DNA from: Escherichia coli
GTDB taxonomy: Bacteria > Pseudomonadota > Gammaproteobacteria > Enterobacterales > Enterobacteriaceae
DNA length: 32,000 nucleotides
Assembly: GCF_044324795.1 (NCBI RefSeq)
Contig: NZ_CP172134.1
Reading direction: 5' to 3' (one strand)
How positions within the stretch are numbered: position 1 is the first letter of the stretch; the number at the start of each line of letters is the position of its first letter. Position numbers and translations under genes: made by a program. The notes beneath the pieces are model-generated. The model saw only the letters and a list, made by a program, of their open reading frames with translations, was not told the origin of the DNA and ran no database searches. This document shows, piece by piece, positions 1 to 11,004 of this stretch.

Positions 1-802
1 AGTATTTACCTGGTTTGGCAGTGGCTTATTGGGTTTTAAAGCAGGCATCTGGTTCTATTCCCTTATTGTGATTGCCGTAGGCATTATCATTTTCTTTGTT
101 CTGAATGACAAAGAAGAGGCACCGTCCGTTGAGGTGAAAAAAGAAGACGGAGCATCGAAAAACACCAGTATGACCTCGGTGCTGAAAGACAAAACTATCT
201 GGCTTATCGCTTTCAACGTCTTCTTCGTTTACGCGGTTTACTGTGGCCTGACATTCTTCATTCCATTCTTGAAAAACATCTATCTATTGCCTGTTGCGCT
301 GGTGGGGGCTTACGGCATCATTAACCAATACTGTCTGAAAATGATTGGTGGACCGATTGGTGGCATGATTTCAGATAAGATCCTGAAATCGCCGAGTAAA
401 TATCTATGCTACACCTTTATCATCAGTACCGCTGCGCTCGTACTGTTGATTATGCTGCCGCACGAAAGTATGCCGGTCTATTTAGGGATGGCATGTACGC
501 TGGGCTTTGGCGCGATAGTCTTTACACAGCGAGCCGTATTTTTTGCACCTATCGGCGAAGCAAAAATTGCTGAAAATAAAACAGGCGCGGCGATGGCGTT
601 GGGTAGCTTTATTGGTTACGCCCCGGCGATGTTCTGCTTCAGTCTGTATGGCTACATTCTGGATTTAAATCCGGGGATTATTGGCTACAAAATCGTGTTT
701 GGCATTATGGCCTGCTTCGCATTCTGTGGTGCGGTGGTTTCCGTAATGCTGGTTAAGCGTATTAGCCAACGTAAGAAAGAGATGCTGGCGGCTGAAGCTT
801 AA
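1..802 (+). CDS. yihN: MFS transporter YihN, 3' portion only (frame is open to the window edge)
   Basis: Frame open from position 2; hydrophobic 12-TM-type MFS sequence; synteny next to ompL-yihO. Confidence 0.85.
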   Translation, partial: VFTWFGSGLLGFKAGIWFYSLIVIAVGIIIFFVLNDKEEAPSVEVKKEDGASKNTSMTSVLKDKTIWLIAFNVFFVYAVYCGLTFFIPFLKNIYLLPVALVGAYGIINQYCLKMIGGPIGGMISDKILKSPSKYLCYTFIISTAALVLLIMLPHESMPVYLGMACTLGFGAIVFTQRAVFFAPIGEAKIAENKTGAAMALGSFIGYAPAMFCFSLYGYILDLNPGIIGYKIVFGIMACFAFCGAVVSVMLVKRISQRKKEMLAAEA

Positions 803-807
803 TTAAT

Positions 808-885
808 GGCCGGATGTGGCTTAATCCGGCCAACGGAAACCGTATCAACCGTAGGCCGGATAAGGCGTTTTCGCCGCATCCGGCA
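808..885. repeat. REP/BIME palindromic units between convergent yihN and ompL
   Basis: gccggatgtggcttaatccggcc followed by taggccggataaggcgttttcgccgcatccggca, typical REP sequences. Confidence 0.8.
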
Positions 886-893
886 GTTTTACA

Positions 894-1586
894 TCAGAAG
901 AAATACTTCGTCCCGATACGAATCTGGTTTTGCTCGCGGTGGTACGGCTCTACGTTGCGATCTAACCAGCGCAATTCAATATAGGGCAACCAGTGCTCAT
1001 TAATGCGATAACGGAAGGTGTTAGTGATTTCCCAGTGATGCTTCGTACCATTGCTGCTATTGAAATCATTAATGTTATAAAAATAATGCGGTTCAAAGGT
1101 ATATGAGAACTTATCGGTAATAATAAAGTTCCAGTAGTTGCCAATCTCGTAGCTGTCATTATTATCCAGATCACCGTTCAAATCGGTTGAGCTGTAGTTA
1201 TTATGGTTAAAACGATTACGTACCGTCAGGTTAAACCATGGAGTAAATTTGTAGTTAACATCCAGATAAACAGCACCACCCGAACCGATACTCTTATCAT
1301 TAATTAAGCCACCGGGCTGGATGGTTAATTTATCGGTTGGTTTGAATAACGGATACCAACCTTCGATTTCGTTATATCCATGTTTGAGTTCATCTTCTCG
1401 CTGAAAGGTGTAGGTATTGGTTAACATAATACCCGCGCCCATATCGAAGTTATAACCCACACGTAGCATAACCTCGCCCTGATCGGAGGCGAGATTATAT
1501 GCCTCCCTGTTTTCGACGTATGCGCCAGCAAATACCGAGGCAGAGGTCAGAGAGGATAATAGAATTATTGCATTAATCTTTTTCAT
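894..1586 (-). CDS. ompL: Oligogalacturonate-porin-like outer membrane protein OmpL (YshA), start trimmed to MKKINAIILLSS signal peptide
   Basis: Signal peptide MKKINAIILLSSLTSASVFAGA, beta-barrel composition ending in YFF; 230 aa; first gene of the sulfoquinovose locus. Confidence 0.9.
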   Translation of the reverse strand: MKKINAIILLSSLTSASVFAGAYVENREAYNLASDQGEVMLRVGYNFDMGAGIMLTNTYTFQREDELKHGYNEIEGWYPLFKPTDKLTIQPGGLINDKSIGSGGAVYLDVNYKFTPWFNLTVRNRFNHNNYSSTDLNGDLDNNDSYEIGNYWNFIITDKFSYTFEPHYFYNINDFNSSNGTKHHWEITNTFRYRINEHWLPYIELRWLDRNVEPYHREQNQIRIGTKYFF

Positions 1587-1652
1587 AATAAGTCCATTTT
1601 TAAGCGTAGGGAGGCCGCCACCCACCAGGATGGAAATAGCGGCTATTGACAT

Positions 1653-3056
1653 TTATAACGTTACGGAAGCCGTTTTTTCTTCTGTCTCAATTTCTTTATT
1701 TTTGCGTTGGTTAATTTCCTCAATAATCAGTGCAAACCGTTTTTCATTGAGTGTGTAAAAGAATCCCATCGTCAATGCAGCAATAATTGCCAGTGCACAA
1801 GGCCAGATAAAAATGAGCTGACGCAAACCCTGTAATGTCGCATCACTTTGCGCGATGTTGGGAACATAACCTATTTGCGTCAGCATAATGCCTGGCAAGA
1901 AGCCAGCAAGTGCGGCAGAAATTTTACGAAAGAAGGTATAACCGGTATAAACAGAACCTTCGGCACGAATACCGGTTTTCCATTCACCGTAATCTACGGT
2001 ATCTGGCACCAGTGCCCAGTTCAGGCTGTTTACAAAGGCCGTGCCAAAAAAGGCGACACAAGAGAACATGACGAAAGTGAAAGAGTTACTTCCCCAGAAA
2101 TAATTCAGGATATCACCAACCGCCCACAGCACCATGCCAGCTAAATAAACCTGTTTTTTACCAAAATATTTTACAGTTAATGGCACCAGTAATACGCCGA
2201 CGAGGATACATCCCATACTGAAAAATCCCATCCACGACAATAAATTAATATCATTCAGCACATACTGGGTGTAATAGACCTGAATCGCCAGTTTGATATT
2301 AAATGCCGCCAGGGTACACAGGTTAGCAATGCACAAAACCAGCAATGGCGGATTACGAAATATCGCGCAAAAAGATTTGAGAATACTGGCTTTATGTCCG
2401 GTTGGCGTCGTGTCTACATAATGCTCTTTGACGCCTCTGTAGCACAGCATCATAAAAATAAAGCCACCAATGGAGAACATCAGTGCCGCGCAGGCATAAC
2501 CGACGGTGGAGTCAGAAAAAAGCGACTGCAATGGAATAAATGCTACGGTACAAATCAATAGCCCTATGGTTGCGCCGCCCTGGCGGTAAGCCGCAAGCTG
2601 CGCGCGCTCATTCGGGTTTTTGGTAATTGCCGGGATCATCGCGCCATACGAGCAGTTCATCAGACTGTATGAAAGTCCAAACATCATAAACAGCGCGGTG
2701 GCAATCGTCGTTTTAACCGGCAAACTAAAAGTGGTGGCGATAAACTGGAGCGTTGCAATTAACGCCGCCGGAACCGCTGCATATAAAATAAAGGGACGAA
2801 ATTTGCCTTTAGGCCCAATATTTTTCCGCGAGTCGAGTAAAAATCCGGTGAGCATATCGGTAAATGCGGTAAAAAACTTCGCCACCAGAAAGATAATCCC
2901 GCCATAGTAAGCAGGCATCCCTAATTCATCGGTATAAAATTTGAGGAGATACAGAGTACCGATGCAGAGCATTAAATTCGAACCGACGTCGCCCATACCA
3001 TAGGCGATTTTTTCCCGCAGATTCAGTCTTAATGTCAGTGGATTATGGTCAGACAT
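1653..3056 (-). CDS. yihO: Putative sulfoquinovose transporter YihO (GPH/MelB-type cation symporter)
   Basis: MSDHNPLTLRLNLREKIAYGMGDVGSNL..., GPH family; paralogous to the adjacent yihP. Confidence 0.92.
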   Translation of the reverse strand: MSDHNPLTLRLNLREKIAYGMGDVGSNLMLCIGTLYLLKFYTDELGMPAYYGGIIFLVAKFFTAFTDMLTGFLLDSRKNIGPKGKFRPFILYAAVPAALIATLQFIATTFSLPVKTTIATALFMMFGLSYSLMNCSYGAMIPAITKNPNERAQLAAYRQGGATIGLLICTVAFIPLQSLFSDSTVGYACAALMFSIGGFIFMMLCYRGVKEHYVDTTPTGHKASILKSFCAIFRNPPLLVLCIANLCTLAAFNIKLAIQVYYTQYVLNDINLLSWMGFFSMGCILVGVLLVPLTVKYFGKKQVYLAGMVLWAVGDILNYFWGSNSFTFVMFSCVAFFGTAFVNSLNWALVPDTVDYGEWKTGIRAEGSVYTGYTFFRKISAALAGFLPGIMLTQIGYVPNIAQSDATLQGLRQLIFIWPCALAIIAALTMGFFYTLNEKRFALIIEEINQRKNKEIETEEKTASVTL

Positions 3057-3069
3057 AATCACTCCTTAT

Positions 3070-3087
3070 AACGCCCCGCAGGGCGTT
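3070..3087 (-). promoter_or_regulatory. Intergenic hairpin AACGCCC-cgca-GGGCGTT between yihP and yihO (attenuator/processing candidate)
   Basis: Perfect 7-bp inverted repeat in the short yihP-yihO gap. Confidence 0.4.
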
Positions 3088-3098
3088 GTTTATTATAA

Positions 3099-4484
3099 TT
3101 ACGCCGTGCGTTTACGGGCTTCTATCTCTTCAACAATGCGGACGTACATCTTCTCGTTCAGACTGTAGAAGCAACCCATTGCCACGATGGTGACTACTGC
3201 CAGTGCGCTTGGGTAGATGAAGATCAGTTGGCGCAACCCTTCGATAGTGTGGTCAGCCTGGGCGACGTTTGGCACATAGCCGATTTGCGTCAGCATCCAG
3301 CCTGGGAAGAAACCTGCCAGCGCCTGAGATACTTTGCGAAAGAAGGTGAAACCGGTGTAGACCGTACCTTCCGAACGCACACCGGTGCGCCACTCGCCGT
3401 ACTCGACGGTGTCGGAAACCAGCGCCCAGTTCAGGCTGTTAACAAACGCTGAGCCGAAGAATGCCAGGCAGGAGAACGCCACGAAGCTGACCGAACCGCC
3501 GCCAAAGAAATAGTTGAGCAGATCGCCAAGCACCCAAATCAGCAGGCCGCCGATATAGACCTTCTTCTTACCAAAACGTCTGACTGCGCCGGGCATCAGG
3601 AACACGCCGATGAAAATACAGCCCATGCTGAAAAATCCCATATATGACAACAGGATGGGATCGTTGAGCACGTACTGGGTGTAATAGACCTGAATGGCGA
3701 GCTTGACGTTAAACGCCCCTAAAGTGCAGAGGTTGGCAATACACAGAATGAACAGTGGGCGGTTACCAGCAATCGCGCGGAAAGACTGCAACAAGCCAGG
3801 CTTTTGCGCCGGATTGGTAGGTTGGGTTTCGACATAACGCTCTTTCACGCCCGAGTAGCAGATCCACATAAACAGCAGGCCGAACAGTGAAAACAGCGTG
3901 GCGGCGAAGATATAGCCAAGTTGCTGATTACCTTCGATAAGATTCATAACCGGCACGAATCCCACCGTACACAGCAGCAGGCCTAATGTAGCGCCACCCT
4001 GACGCCATGCTGCCAGCGATGCACGTTCGTTGGGGTTTTTAGTAATAGCGGGGACCATCGCGCCATACGAGCAGTTCATCATGCTGAAAAACAGTCCGTA
4101 AAGCATAAACAGGATGGTGGCCATCACCGTTTTACCGGTGACATCGAACGGCGTACCGATAAAGTTGGCGATCGCCAGCAGGGTGACCGGGAATGACGCA
4201 TACAGAATAAAAGGACGGAACTTGCCTTTTGGGCCGATCTTGCGTCGGGAATCCAGCATGATGCCTGTTCCCATATCGGTAAACGCAGTAAAGAATTTTG
4301 AAATCAAAAAGATAATGCCGCCATAGGTGCCAGGCAGCCCCAGAACGTCGGTATAAAACTTCAAAAGATAAAGCGTACCAATATCCAGCAGGATGTTAGA
4401 GGCCAGGTCGCCAATACCGTAAGAGAGTTTCTCTTTAAAGGGCAGGCGTAAAGTTGCTGGATCTTCCGTTGTGATGTGACTCAT
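3099..4484 (-). CDS. yihP: GPH-family transporter YihP (2,3-dihydroxypropane-1-sulfonate export candidate)
   Basis: MSHITTEDPATLRLPFKEKLSYGIGDLASNI..., 461 aa from internal Met; paralog of yihO. Confidence 0.9.
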   Translation of the reverse strand: MSHITTEDPATLRLPFKEKLSYGIGDLASNILLDIGTLYLLKFYTDVLGLPGTYGGIIFLISKFFTAFTDMGTGIMLDSRRKIGPKGKFRPFILYASFPVTLLAIANFIGTPFDVTGKTVMATILFMLYGLFFSMMNCSYGAMVPAITKNPNERASLAAWRQGGATLGLLLCTVGFVPVMNLIEGNQQLGYIFAATLFSLFGLLFMWICYSGVKERYVETQPTNPAQKPGLLQSFRAIAGNRPLFILCIANLCTLGAFNVKLAIQVYYTQYVLNDPILLSYMGFFSMGCIFIGVFLMPGAVRRFGKKKVYIGGLLIWVLGDLLNYFFGGGSVSFVAFSCLAFFGSAFVNSLNWALVSDTVEYGEWRTGVRSEGTVYTGFTFFRKVSQALAGFFPGWMLTQIGYVPNVAQADHTIEGLRQLIFIYPSALAVVTIVAMGCFYSLNEKMYVRIVEEIEARKRTA

Positions 4485-4499
4485 CGTTGTTCTCCCTTT

Positions 4500-4521
4500 G
4501 CCCGTGAGTTTCCCCACGGGC
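4500..4521 (-). promoter_or_regulatory. Intergenic hairpin GCCCGTG...CACGGGC between yihQ and yihP
   Basis: Perfect 7-bp inverted repeat directly upstream of yihP. Confidence 0.35.
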
Positions 4522-4529
4522 GGATGTGA

Positions 4530-6566
4530 TTAGATGCTTTTTAACGACGCGAACAGTGCCGCCCATTCGCTATCGGCGCGATAAAAGACCGGCGGTTTAC
4601 CGATGGGCGCATTAACGGTAACTTCCCCGCCCCGGAACGCTTCACCCGTCCAGGCATGGACCCAGTTATCCTCTGGCAGATAGAGCGTCCAGTCGCTACG
4701 GCCTTCTTCATGCACCGGAGCGACCAGAATGTCGCGGCCTAACAGGTACTGATATTTCAGGGTGTAGGTCTGCGCGTCGTCTTCGTAATGCAGGAACAGC
4801 GGGCGCATAACCGGCAGGCCGGACTTCGCATTCAGCGCGACGGCCTCTTTCAGGTAAGGTTTCAGGGTGGTGAAGACGGTGGTCATACGGGCAAAATGGG
4901 CGATAGTTTCCGCGTCGCTATCAAACTGCCAGTTGTCGCCTGGACGGTTACCTTCGTGGGTGCGCATCATCGGCGTGAAGGCGCTGAAATCGCACCAGCG
5001 CAGCAGCAGCTCTTTGCTGCGCTTCATCTCAAACAGGGTGGTGTAACCGCCAATATCACTGTGATGCAGGCCATGTCCGGTCATTGCCAGAGACAGCGCC
5101 GCCGGGACGACTGACGCCAGTCCATCGTCCAGACTCCAGTCAACGTTCTGGTCGCCCGCCCACATCATGGTGGAGTATTTCTGGCTACCGGTAGAACCGG
5201 CGCGCATAAAGAAGAGGAGCTCGCCGAGCTTGCCTGTTTCTTCAAGGGCTTCGTAGTTACATTTCGCCCACAGCGCAGGCCAGGCGTTATGCATAATTTC
5301 CGCGCTGACGCCGTTATGCAGGTACGTGTCGGTGGGCAGATACTCGCCGAAGTCAGCCATCCAGCCGCCGCAGCCAAGTTCAATCATGTTCTTTTTGATC
5401 ACTTCCTTGAACCAGGCGTAGGCTTCTGGATTGGTGAGATCGACAACGCCGCCATAGAACTCGCCAAACTCCACCAGATAGTCGCCGCCAGAGGCATCTT
5501 TTGCCAGATAGCCGTGTGAAGCCGCCTCGGCGCAGAGGTCCTTATCGCTGGCAACATACGGGTTGATGTAGGCGAGGAACTGCACGCCTTCTTTGTTCCA
5601 CTGTTTAATACGCGAATCCAGTTGCGGATAGTTTTCGCTGTTCCACTTCCAGTTCCACATCACACGTTTACCAAACGAGGTCATACGGATCCCGGACCAG
5701 TCCTGCGCCCAGATGCCGTTGACCTTCACGCCCGCGTTACGCATGGTGTCCAGTTTCTTCTGGCACACTTCAGTCCCGCCCTGAATGCCGAGCGTTACCC
5801 CGTCATAAATCCAGTCGGGCAGTTCTGGCTGGCGTCCCAGCAGGGCAGTTAATTTTTCCAGCAGGGAGATGTATGTATCAGCACATTCAAAACGCAGCGT
5901 TGCTTTGTCTTCCCACAGCGCCAGTTCATGGTATTCCGGGGCGCTAAAGTCGAAGTTCATGTAGCAACTGTTATCAACATGGCAGTAATACTTCTGCGTG
6001 CTGACAAACGTAGGCTGCGGGAAGAAAGTCCAGTAATAGTCGCCGCCCGCGTTCTCTTTGCAGTCGGCCTGCCAGGTGACATAGGTTTGCTTGTTGCGAC
6101 CAACGCCTTGTTCACTGGTCCATAGCGGGAACGGTTTGCCGCGCAGATCAAAGTAGGAGAATTGTTCACCGCAGCCGTAGATATGGTCCTCTGGTTGAGC
6201 GGCAAGGCGCAGCCAGATACGGTTGTGGTTAAGGTTGTCGTTTTGTAGTTCCAGCAATAAACGGCCCTGATCGTCGGCAGAGATACGCAGCGTGGCGCTA
6301 ATGTCAGAACCACGGCTGAAATGGATTAACCAGCCCTCCGGTGACTGGCTGACGATGGCGTCGGTAAGCGCAATTTTCTCCTGCAATTTATCTTTAATGC
6401 TGAAATTACCGCGGAACATATCGATATCCGCTATACCTGAGCCAATCGATAAGCAAGGATTATCTTTGCTATGGATTAAAATAAGGCGGTCTTGAAAACG
6501 TAGAGTAAAACTGTCGTTATTCTGATGAAATTGAAAATCTAATAGCTGTGGGCGTGGCGTATCCAT
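4530..6566 (-). CDS. yihQ: Sulfoquinovosidase (GH31)
   Basis: 678 aa; GH31-type blocks (WMADFGEYLPTD, DIGGYTT); locus context. Confidence 0.95.
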   Translation of the reverse strand: MDTPRPQLLDFQFHQNNDSFTLRFQDRLILIHSKDNPCLSIGSGIADIDMFRGNFSIKDKLQEKIALTDAIVSQSPEGWLIHFSRGSDISATLRISADDQGRLLLELQNDNLNHNRIWLRLAAQPEDHIYGCGEQFSYFDLRGKPFPLWTSEQGVGRNKQTYVTWQADCKENAGGDYYWTFFPQPTFVSTQKYYCHVDNSCYMNFDFSAPEYHELALWEDKATLRFECADTYISLLEKLTALLGRQPELPDWIYDGVTLGIQGGTEVCQKKLDTMRNAGVKVNGIWAQDWSGIRMTSFGKRVMWNWKWNSENYPQLDSRIKQWNKEGVQFLAYINPYVASDKDLCAEAASHGYLAKDASGGDYLVEFGEFYGGVVDLTNPEAYAWFKEVIKKNMIELGCGGWMADFGEYLPTDTYLHNGVSAEIMHNAWPALWAKCNYEALEETGKLGELLFFMRAGSTGSQKYSTMMWAGDQNVDWSLDDGLASVVPAALSLAMTGHGLHHSDIGGYTTLFEMKRSKELLLRWCDFSAFTPMMRTHEGNRPGDNWQFDSDAETIAHFARMTTVFTTLKPYLKEAVALNAKSGLPVMRPLFLHYEDDAQTYTLKYQYLLGRDILVAPVHEEGRSDWTLYLPEDNWVHAWTGEAFRGGEVTVNAPIGKPPVFYRADSEWAALFASLKSI

Positions 6567-6763
6567 AAATAATCTCCATAGAGTTGAGGACGAGATTGTT
6601 TCCTTCCCGTTATTACAGGCTTATGTAAAATGATTCTCATAAAACTGATATATATAAACTTTACAGAAGCTGAGCTTTTTTTAACTTAATAAATTGAAGA
6701 TACATAACGTTGCCTTTACGAGTGAAATGTTCTTCAATGATTTTGACTGCTAATCAATACAAG

Positions 6764-7717
6764 TTATTTTCTCTGTCCGTGAATATTAAAAAACAGGCGG
6801 TGCGTTTTTCCTGGTTCCAGTAATAATAAGTCGATACCTGAATTAAAGGCGTTAGGCGGGCAACTCATAGGTTCAACTGCCAGGCCCTGGCGCTGTAATT
6901 TTTCTCCGCTATAAACCTGCACCCAGGGTTGATCGGAACAAAGGCTTACCGAAAGAACCTGTTGTGGATGGGTAATGGTCATTTCCCACAGATCATTAGC
7001 GGTTTTAAAGGTGTGGTCGATTTTTGTCGCGGCTATTTTTTTCGCCTGCGTGAAATTTAAATCCAGCTCATCAACGTGGTGAAGCGTTGTCGGATTCGCG
7101 TGCTTGACGGCATAAACCTGTTCTGCTGGAAGCTGGAATACATAGTCATCAACAGGCGTTAAGTTGCAGGTTAAATAAGGATGAATACCCACACCATAAG
7201 GTGCGGTCACAGTACCAATATTCTGGCTTGCGATCTCAACGGAAAGGCCCGTGCGTGCGTTGAGCGAATAAACAACTTGCGAGGCCAGCATAAACGGATA
7301 GCCGTAACTGGGCGGCAAAAAGGCCGTTAATGTGACGCTGGTGGTGGTTTGTTCGCTTATTTGCCAGTCACGCCAGGCAAGCAGCCCGTGAATAGCGGCT
7401 TTTGAACCATGTTCATTAATGGGTAACTGATATTCCTGCCCCTGATAGCGATAACAGCCGTTGGCAATCCGGTTAGGCCAGGGAATAAGGACTTTGCCCA
7501 GGTGTGCCAGCGGCATCTCTTCGGGTTTATGCGGAATAACTAAATGGCAGCCCTGAAAAGTTAATTCAGCCAGACCTGCGCCAACCGTCACGATAGTTGC
7601 GTGATAATCCCCAGCGGTGAGTGAAACGGTCTGTCCACTGCAATGCATATTGGTGGTTTGCATACGAGGTACCTTAATTAAAAAACGGTATACAGCCTCC
7701 CATGAGGCTGATGTCAA
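6764..7717 (-). CDS. yihR: Sulfoquinovose mutarotase / aldose-1-epimerase-like (true start probably internal)
   Basis: Aldose-1-epimerase-like sequence (YGVGIHPYL, GKVLIPWPNRIANGCY); position between yihQ and yihS. Confidence 0.9.
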   Translation of the reverse strand: MTSASWEAVYRFLIKVPRMQTTNMHCSGQTVSLTAGDYHATIVTVGAGLAELTFQGCHLVIPHKPEEMPLAHLGKVLIPWPNRIANGCYRYQGQEYQLPINEHGSKAAIHGLLAWRDWQISEQTTTSVTLTAFLPPSYGYPFMLASQVVYSLNARTGLSVEIASQNIGTVTAPYGVGIHPYLTCNLTPVDDYVFQLPAEQVYAVKHANPTTLHHVDELDLNFTQAKKIAATKIDHTFKTANDLWEMTITHPQQVLSVSLCSDQPWVQVYSGEKLQRQGLAVEPMSCPPNAFNSGIDLLLLEPGKTHRLFFNIHGQRK

Positions 7718-7727
7718 ACCAAAAAAC

Positions 7728-7770
7728 TGCGCCGGGCGGTCCCCTCTCCCCTTTGGGGAGAGGGTTAGGG
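7728..7770. repeat. BoxC-like intergenic repeat
   Basis: gccgggcggtcccctctcccctttggggagagggttaggg, a recurring enterobacterial intergenic palindrome (recognised from memory). Confidence 0.5.
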
Positions 7771-7781
7771 TTTTCAGTCAG

Positions 7782-9023
7782 TTATTTGGCATTCACGTCC
7801 AGCAGCCCCGCCGCAACTGCCGGAGCCAGGCCTGGCGCTAACGGGATACGCGGGATCACCAGGCAATGCAGCAGGTGATAAATATCCTGTTTGCCGTCCC
7901 AGACTTTGGTGGTGACCTTATTGTCCGCATCCAGCTCCTGCCACCAGGAACCATTTTCATAGTCCATCAGGTACTTAATGCAGTACTCCCACCATGTCTG
8001 ATACCAGGTTTCGTACTGGCGATCGCCGGTGACGGTGTAGAGCGCGTAAGCCGTACCCATCGCTTCGACGATAGGCCAACGCACACGTTCGCGGACCACC
8101 GGTTTGCCTTCCCAGTCAACGGTATAAACAATCCCGTCCGCACCATCGGGCGCCCAGGCATCGCGCACGGTGGCGTTGAACAGACCTTTGGCATCTTCTA
8201 ACAGCCAGGCTGGCGGCTGTTCGCCGCGGGCTTCCAGGGCGGCATGGATGTGCAGCATTAAACGACCCCACTCGATCCAGTGGCCCGGCGTGCCTCCGAA
8301 TGCGCGGAAGCGGTGCGCCGGGTTATCTTTGTTGTAATCCGGCAGCGGATTCCACTGGGTATCGAAGTGCTCGTTAACGCGATAATGATTATTTCTGGCG
8401 ACGTCGTGGATAATCACGGAAGCCACGCGAATCGCGCGATCCAGCCATTTTTTGTCATGGGTGACGTCATAGACAATCAGGAAGGCTTCCACCGCGTGCA
8501 TATTGGCATTGCCGCCGCGATACTCTTCGGTTTTGCTGAAGGCTTCATCCCAGGACTCCAGGCACATCTGCTCTTCTTCGCTCCAGAAGTATTTCTCGAT
8601 AATTTCAATGGTGTAATCGAGCAGCTTGCGCGCTTCCGGGTGACCCGTTGTGACGGCACTGGCGGCACCCAGCAGGGCAAAGAAATGTTGATAGCCCTGT
8701 TTGGAGGCATCCACCACGCCCTCGTCATTCACACAGGCATACCAGCCGCCATATTTTTTATCGCGCAGTGCGCCGTTCATGGCTTTGATACCGTGATCAA
8801 CCAACGAGTAAGCGCCAGGTCGACCCATCGCCGCAGCAACGGAATAAACGTGCAGCATACGGGCTGTGATCCACAGATGGGTACCCATCTCTTCTTTGAT
8901 TTGCCCTTTATTGCCTAACCAGCCAAAACCAGTCGGCACTACGGAATTTTTACCAAAATCAAAGATGCGATCGGTTTCCTGTTCCAGCCAACGGTTGTGA
9001 CTTAAGGTGTTAAACCATTTCAT
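7782..9023 (-). CDS. yihS: Sulfoquinovose isomerase (AGE/N-acylglucosamine 2-epimerase family)
   Basis: [26 protein letters not shown]..., 413 aa. Confidence 0.95.
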   Translation of the reverse strand: MKWFNTLSHNRWLEQETDRIFDFGKNSVVPTGFGWLGNKGQIKEEMGTHLWITARMLHVYSVAAAMGRPGAYSLVDHGIKAMNGALRDKKYGGWYACVNDEGVVDASKQGYQHFFALLGAASAVTTGHPEARKLLDYTIEIIEKYFWSEEEQMCLESWDEAFSKTEEYRGGNANMHAVEAFLIVYDVTHDKKWLDRAIRVASVIIHDVARNNHYRVNEHFDTQWNPLPDYNKDNPAHRFRAFGGTPGHWIEWGRLMLHIHAALEARGEQPPAWLLEDAKGLFNATVRDAWAPDGADGIVYTVDWEGKPVVRERVRWPIVEAMGTAYALYTVTGDRQYETWYQTWWEYCIKYLMDYENGSWWQELDADNKVTTKVWDGKQDIYHLLHCLVIPRIPLAPGLAPAVAAGLLDVNAK

Positions 9024-9038
9024 TTTTGTATCCCCATC

Positions 9039-9917
9039 TTAACGGCGTTTAGCCATCATTTCGTCGACGATATCGCCAAGTTGTTGTAATTTCGGTGCGC
9101 AAACGTCACGCAGCATCAACTCGTTGTCTGGTAAACCGACGACCGATGCCCAGACTGCACGGCCTGCAAGGAATCCCGATGCGCCCGCCGTCATTGCCAC
9201 GCGTACGGCACGCGGGAACAGTTTTTCGTCGACACCGGAAGAGAGGATCACCCACGGCATATTGATATGGTCATTCAAACGTTGTGAAGCACTGAGAAGC
9301 TCTTGTTGCGGACCTTTGCCGTAAAGCGGCATTTCAACTTTGTAGAGGTCTGCACCGCTATCACCCAGCTCTTTGGCTGCATCGATGATTGCTTGTTCGC
9401 GATCGAATTTATCGCCACGACGCGGCGGACGAACGACTGGCTCAATGATGCTCACCAGACCGTGTGAGTGGCACAGTTCATTGAACTCTTTCACCATATC
9501 CAGGCGTTGCTGCGCATCTTCATCACTACGCCACAGCACCAGCAGTTTTAAGGCTTTGCCACCGTCTTGTTTGATTTGTAGTGGATTGATTTTGCGGTCA
9601 ATGACCACGCTATCTACCGGAATACCGTTGCCAGGAATGAACTCATCGGCGGCGACAATCATGGCGCAACTTTTGGCAATCGCGTTTTGCTCAACCACCT
9701 GGCGGTAACAGAATTGTTGATCTACCAGAATCGCCGAGGCATAAGGCGAGAGGGTCTTCGCCGCGTTAACTTTGAAATCAGTTAAAACGCTATCGGCTAC
9801 CGGAGCGGGTGCGCCAGCCGCGGCAAACATCATGCGCATGGCTTCGCGCTGATCGACCGCCAGCATGGCAAAACCGCCCGATGCGCGCGTAATGTCGTTG
9901 ATGGTGTACTTATTCAT
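9039..9917 (-). CDS. yihT: 6-deoxy-6-sulfofructose-1-phosphate aldolase
   Basis: 292 aa, [28 protein letters not shown]..., LacD/YihT-type aldolase. Confidence 0.95.
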   Translation of the reverse strand: MNKYTINDITRASGGFAMLAVDQREAMRMMFAAAGAPAPVADSVLTDFKVNAAKTLSPYASAILVDQQFCYRQVVEQNAIAKSCAMIVAADEFIPGNGIPVDSVVIDRKINPLQIKQDGGKALKLLVLWRSDEDAQQRLDMVKEFNELCHSHGLVSIIEPVVRPPRRGDKFDREQAIIDAAKELGDSGADLYKVEMPLYGKGPQQELLSASQRLNDHINMPWVILSSGVDEKLFPRAVRVAMTAGASGFLAGRAVWASVVGLPDNELMLRDVCAPKLQQLGDIVDEMMAKRR

Positions 9918-9940
9918 TCATTTATTCCTTTATCCAGTCG

Positions 9941-10837
9941 TTACATTTTTACTTTGGCAGTCATCCCGGCACTGACACGGACCTGCTCCAGAATGGCGGA
10001 CCAGTCCTGGCGACCGCGACCTGCTGCGCGCGCCTGGCTATAAACCTCTCGTGAGGCGGCCCCCAGCGGCATCGGCACATGCAACTGGTTGGCGACATCA
10101 AGGGCGATGCCAAGATCCTTATGGGCAAGATCGATCATGAAGGCGGGAGAAAGATCTCCGCTGAGGACTTTGTTCGGCCAGGAAGTGGTGAAGTGGCCTT
10201 TACCGGCGGCAGTACCGCTCATTACCTTGACGGCAACATCGAAGGGAAGATTGAGGGCTTCGCACAAAACGGCGGCTTCTGCCGACAGCGCATTGAGCGC
10301 GATGCTCATGTAGTTGTTGATGAGCTTAACGCGGATCCCCATGCCCGGACCGCCCGCGTTGATCAACTCACTGCCCATCGCCATCAGGATCGGCGTGGCG
10401 CGTTCAACTTGTTCAGCGGTGCCGCCAGCCAGCAGTAACAGAGTACCGGTAATGGCATTTGCAGAAGTACGGCCTACCGGAACATCCATCATGCTGAAGC
10501 CTTTGGCTTGCATATCGGCAATCAATTTATCGGTTTGCAGCGGATGGATGGTCGACATATCGATGACCAGCGCATCGGTAGATAAGCTTTCGCAAACGCC
10601 GTTTTCACCGAACAACACGTGACGCACCAGATCGCCATTCGGCAACATGGTAATGATAAATTCGGCATCTTTAGCGGCCTGCGCCGGGTTGGCGGCGGGA
10701 GTCGCACCTTTGTCTACCAGATGCCGCACAGCTTCGGCGTTCACATCAAAGACGCGAAGTTGATGCCCTTGCTGCAATAAATTGCTCGCCATTGGCGAAC
10801 CCATTTGTCCTAAACCGATAAACGCGATTGCTGCCAT
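9941..10837 (-). CDS. yihU: 3-sulfolactaldehyde reductase (beta-hydroxyacid dehydrogenase family)
   Basis: N-terminal Rossmann motif [17 protein letters not shown]; 298 aa. Confidence 0.95.
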   Translation of the reverse strand: MAAIAFIGLGQMGSPMASNLLQQGHQLRVFDVNAEAVRHLVDKGATPAANPAQAAKDAEFIITMLPNGDLVRHVLFGENGVCESLSTDALVIDMSTIHPLQTDKLIADMQAKGFSMMDVPVGRTSANAITGTLLLLAGGTAEQVERATPILMAMGSELINAGGPGMGIRVKLINNYMSIALNALSAEAAVLCEALNLPFDVAVKVMSGTAAGKGHFTTSWPNKVLSGDLSPAFMIDLAHKDLGIALDVANQLHVPMPLGAASREVYSQARAAGRGRQDWSAILEQVRVSAGMTAKVKM

Positions 10838-11004
10838 AACCCTCTCCTGAATACAGTGATGTCACTTTTTGTCATTTATGACATGCTTTGCTTGTCTGTT
10901 TTTGATCGTATTTGTAATCTATCGTCAAAAAATTGACAGCCGTCACTTTTTAAACAATTGGTGAAATTAAAATGAACGCATCCCAAAATGCTTAAGGAAT
11001 GACC
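10838..11004. promoter_or_regulatory. Divergent yihU/yihV promoter region with two GTCACTTTTT motifs (candidate CsqR operator)
   Basis: GTCACTTTTTGT at 10861-10872 and CGTCACTTTTTAA starting near 10941; the motif recurs upstream of yihW at 11886-11897. Confidence 0.45.

Noticed and set aside
1653-4484. yihO/yihP similarity as a recent tandem duplication or assembly artefact
   Set aside because: The two proteins are clearly paralogous but differ throughout; this is the normal gene arrangement of the sulfoquinovose locus.
8280-8918. 212-aa plus-strand ORF
   Set aside because: Antisense shadow of yihS, with no independent support.
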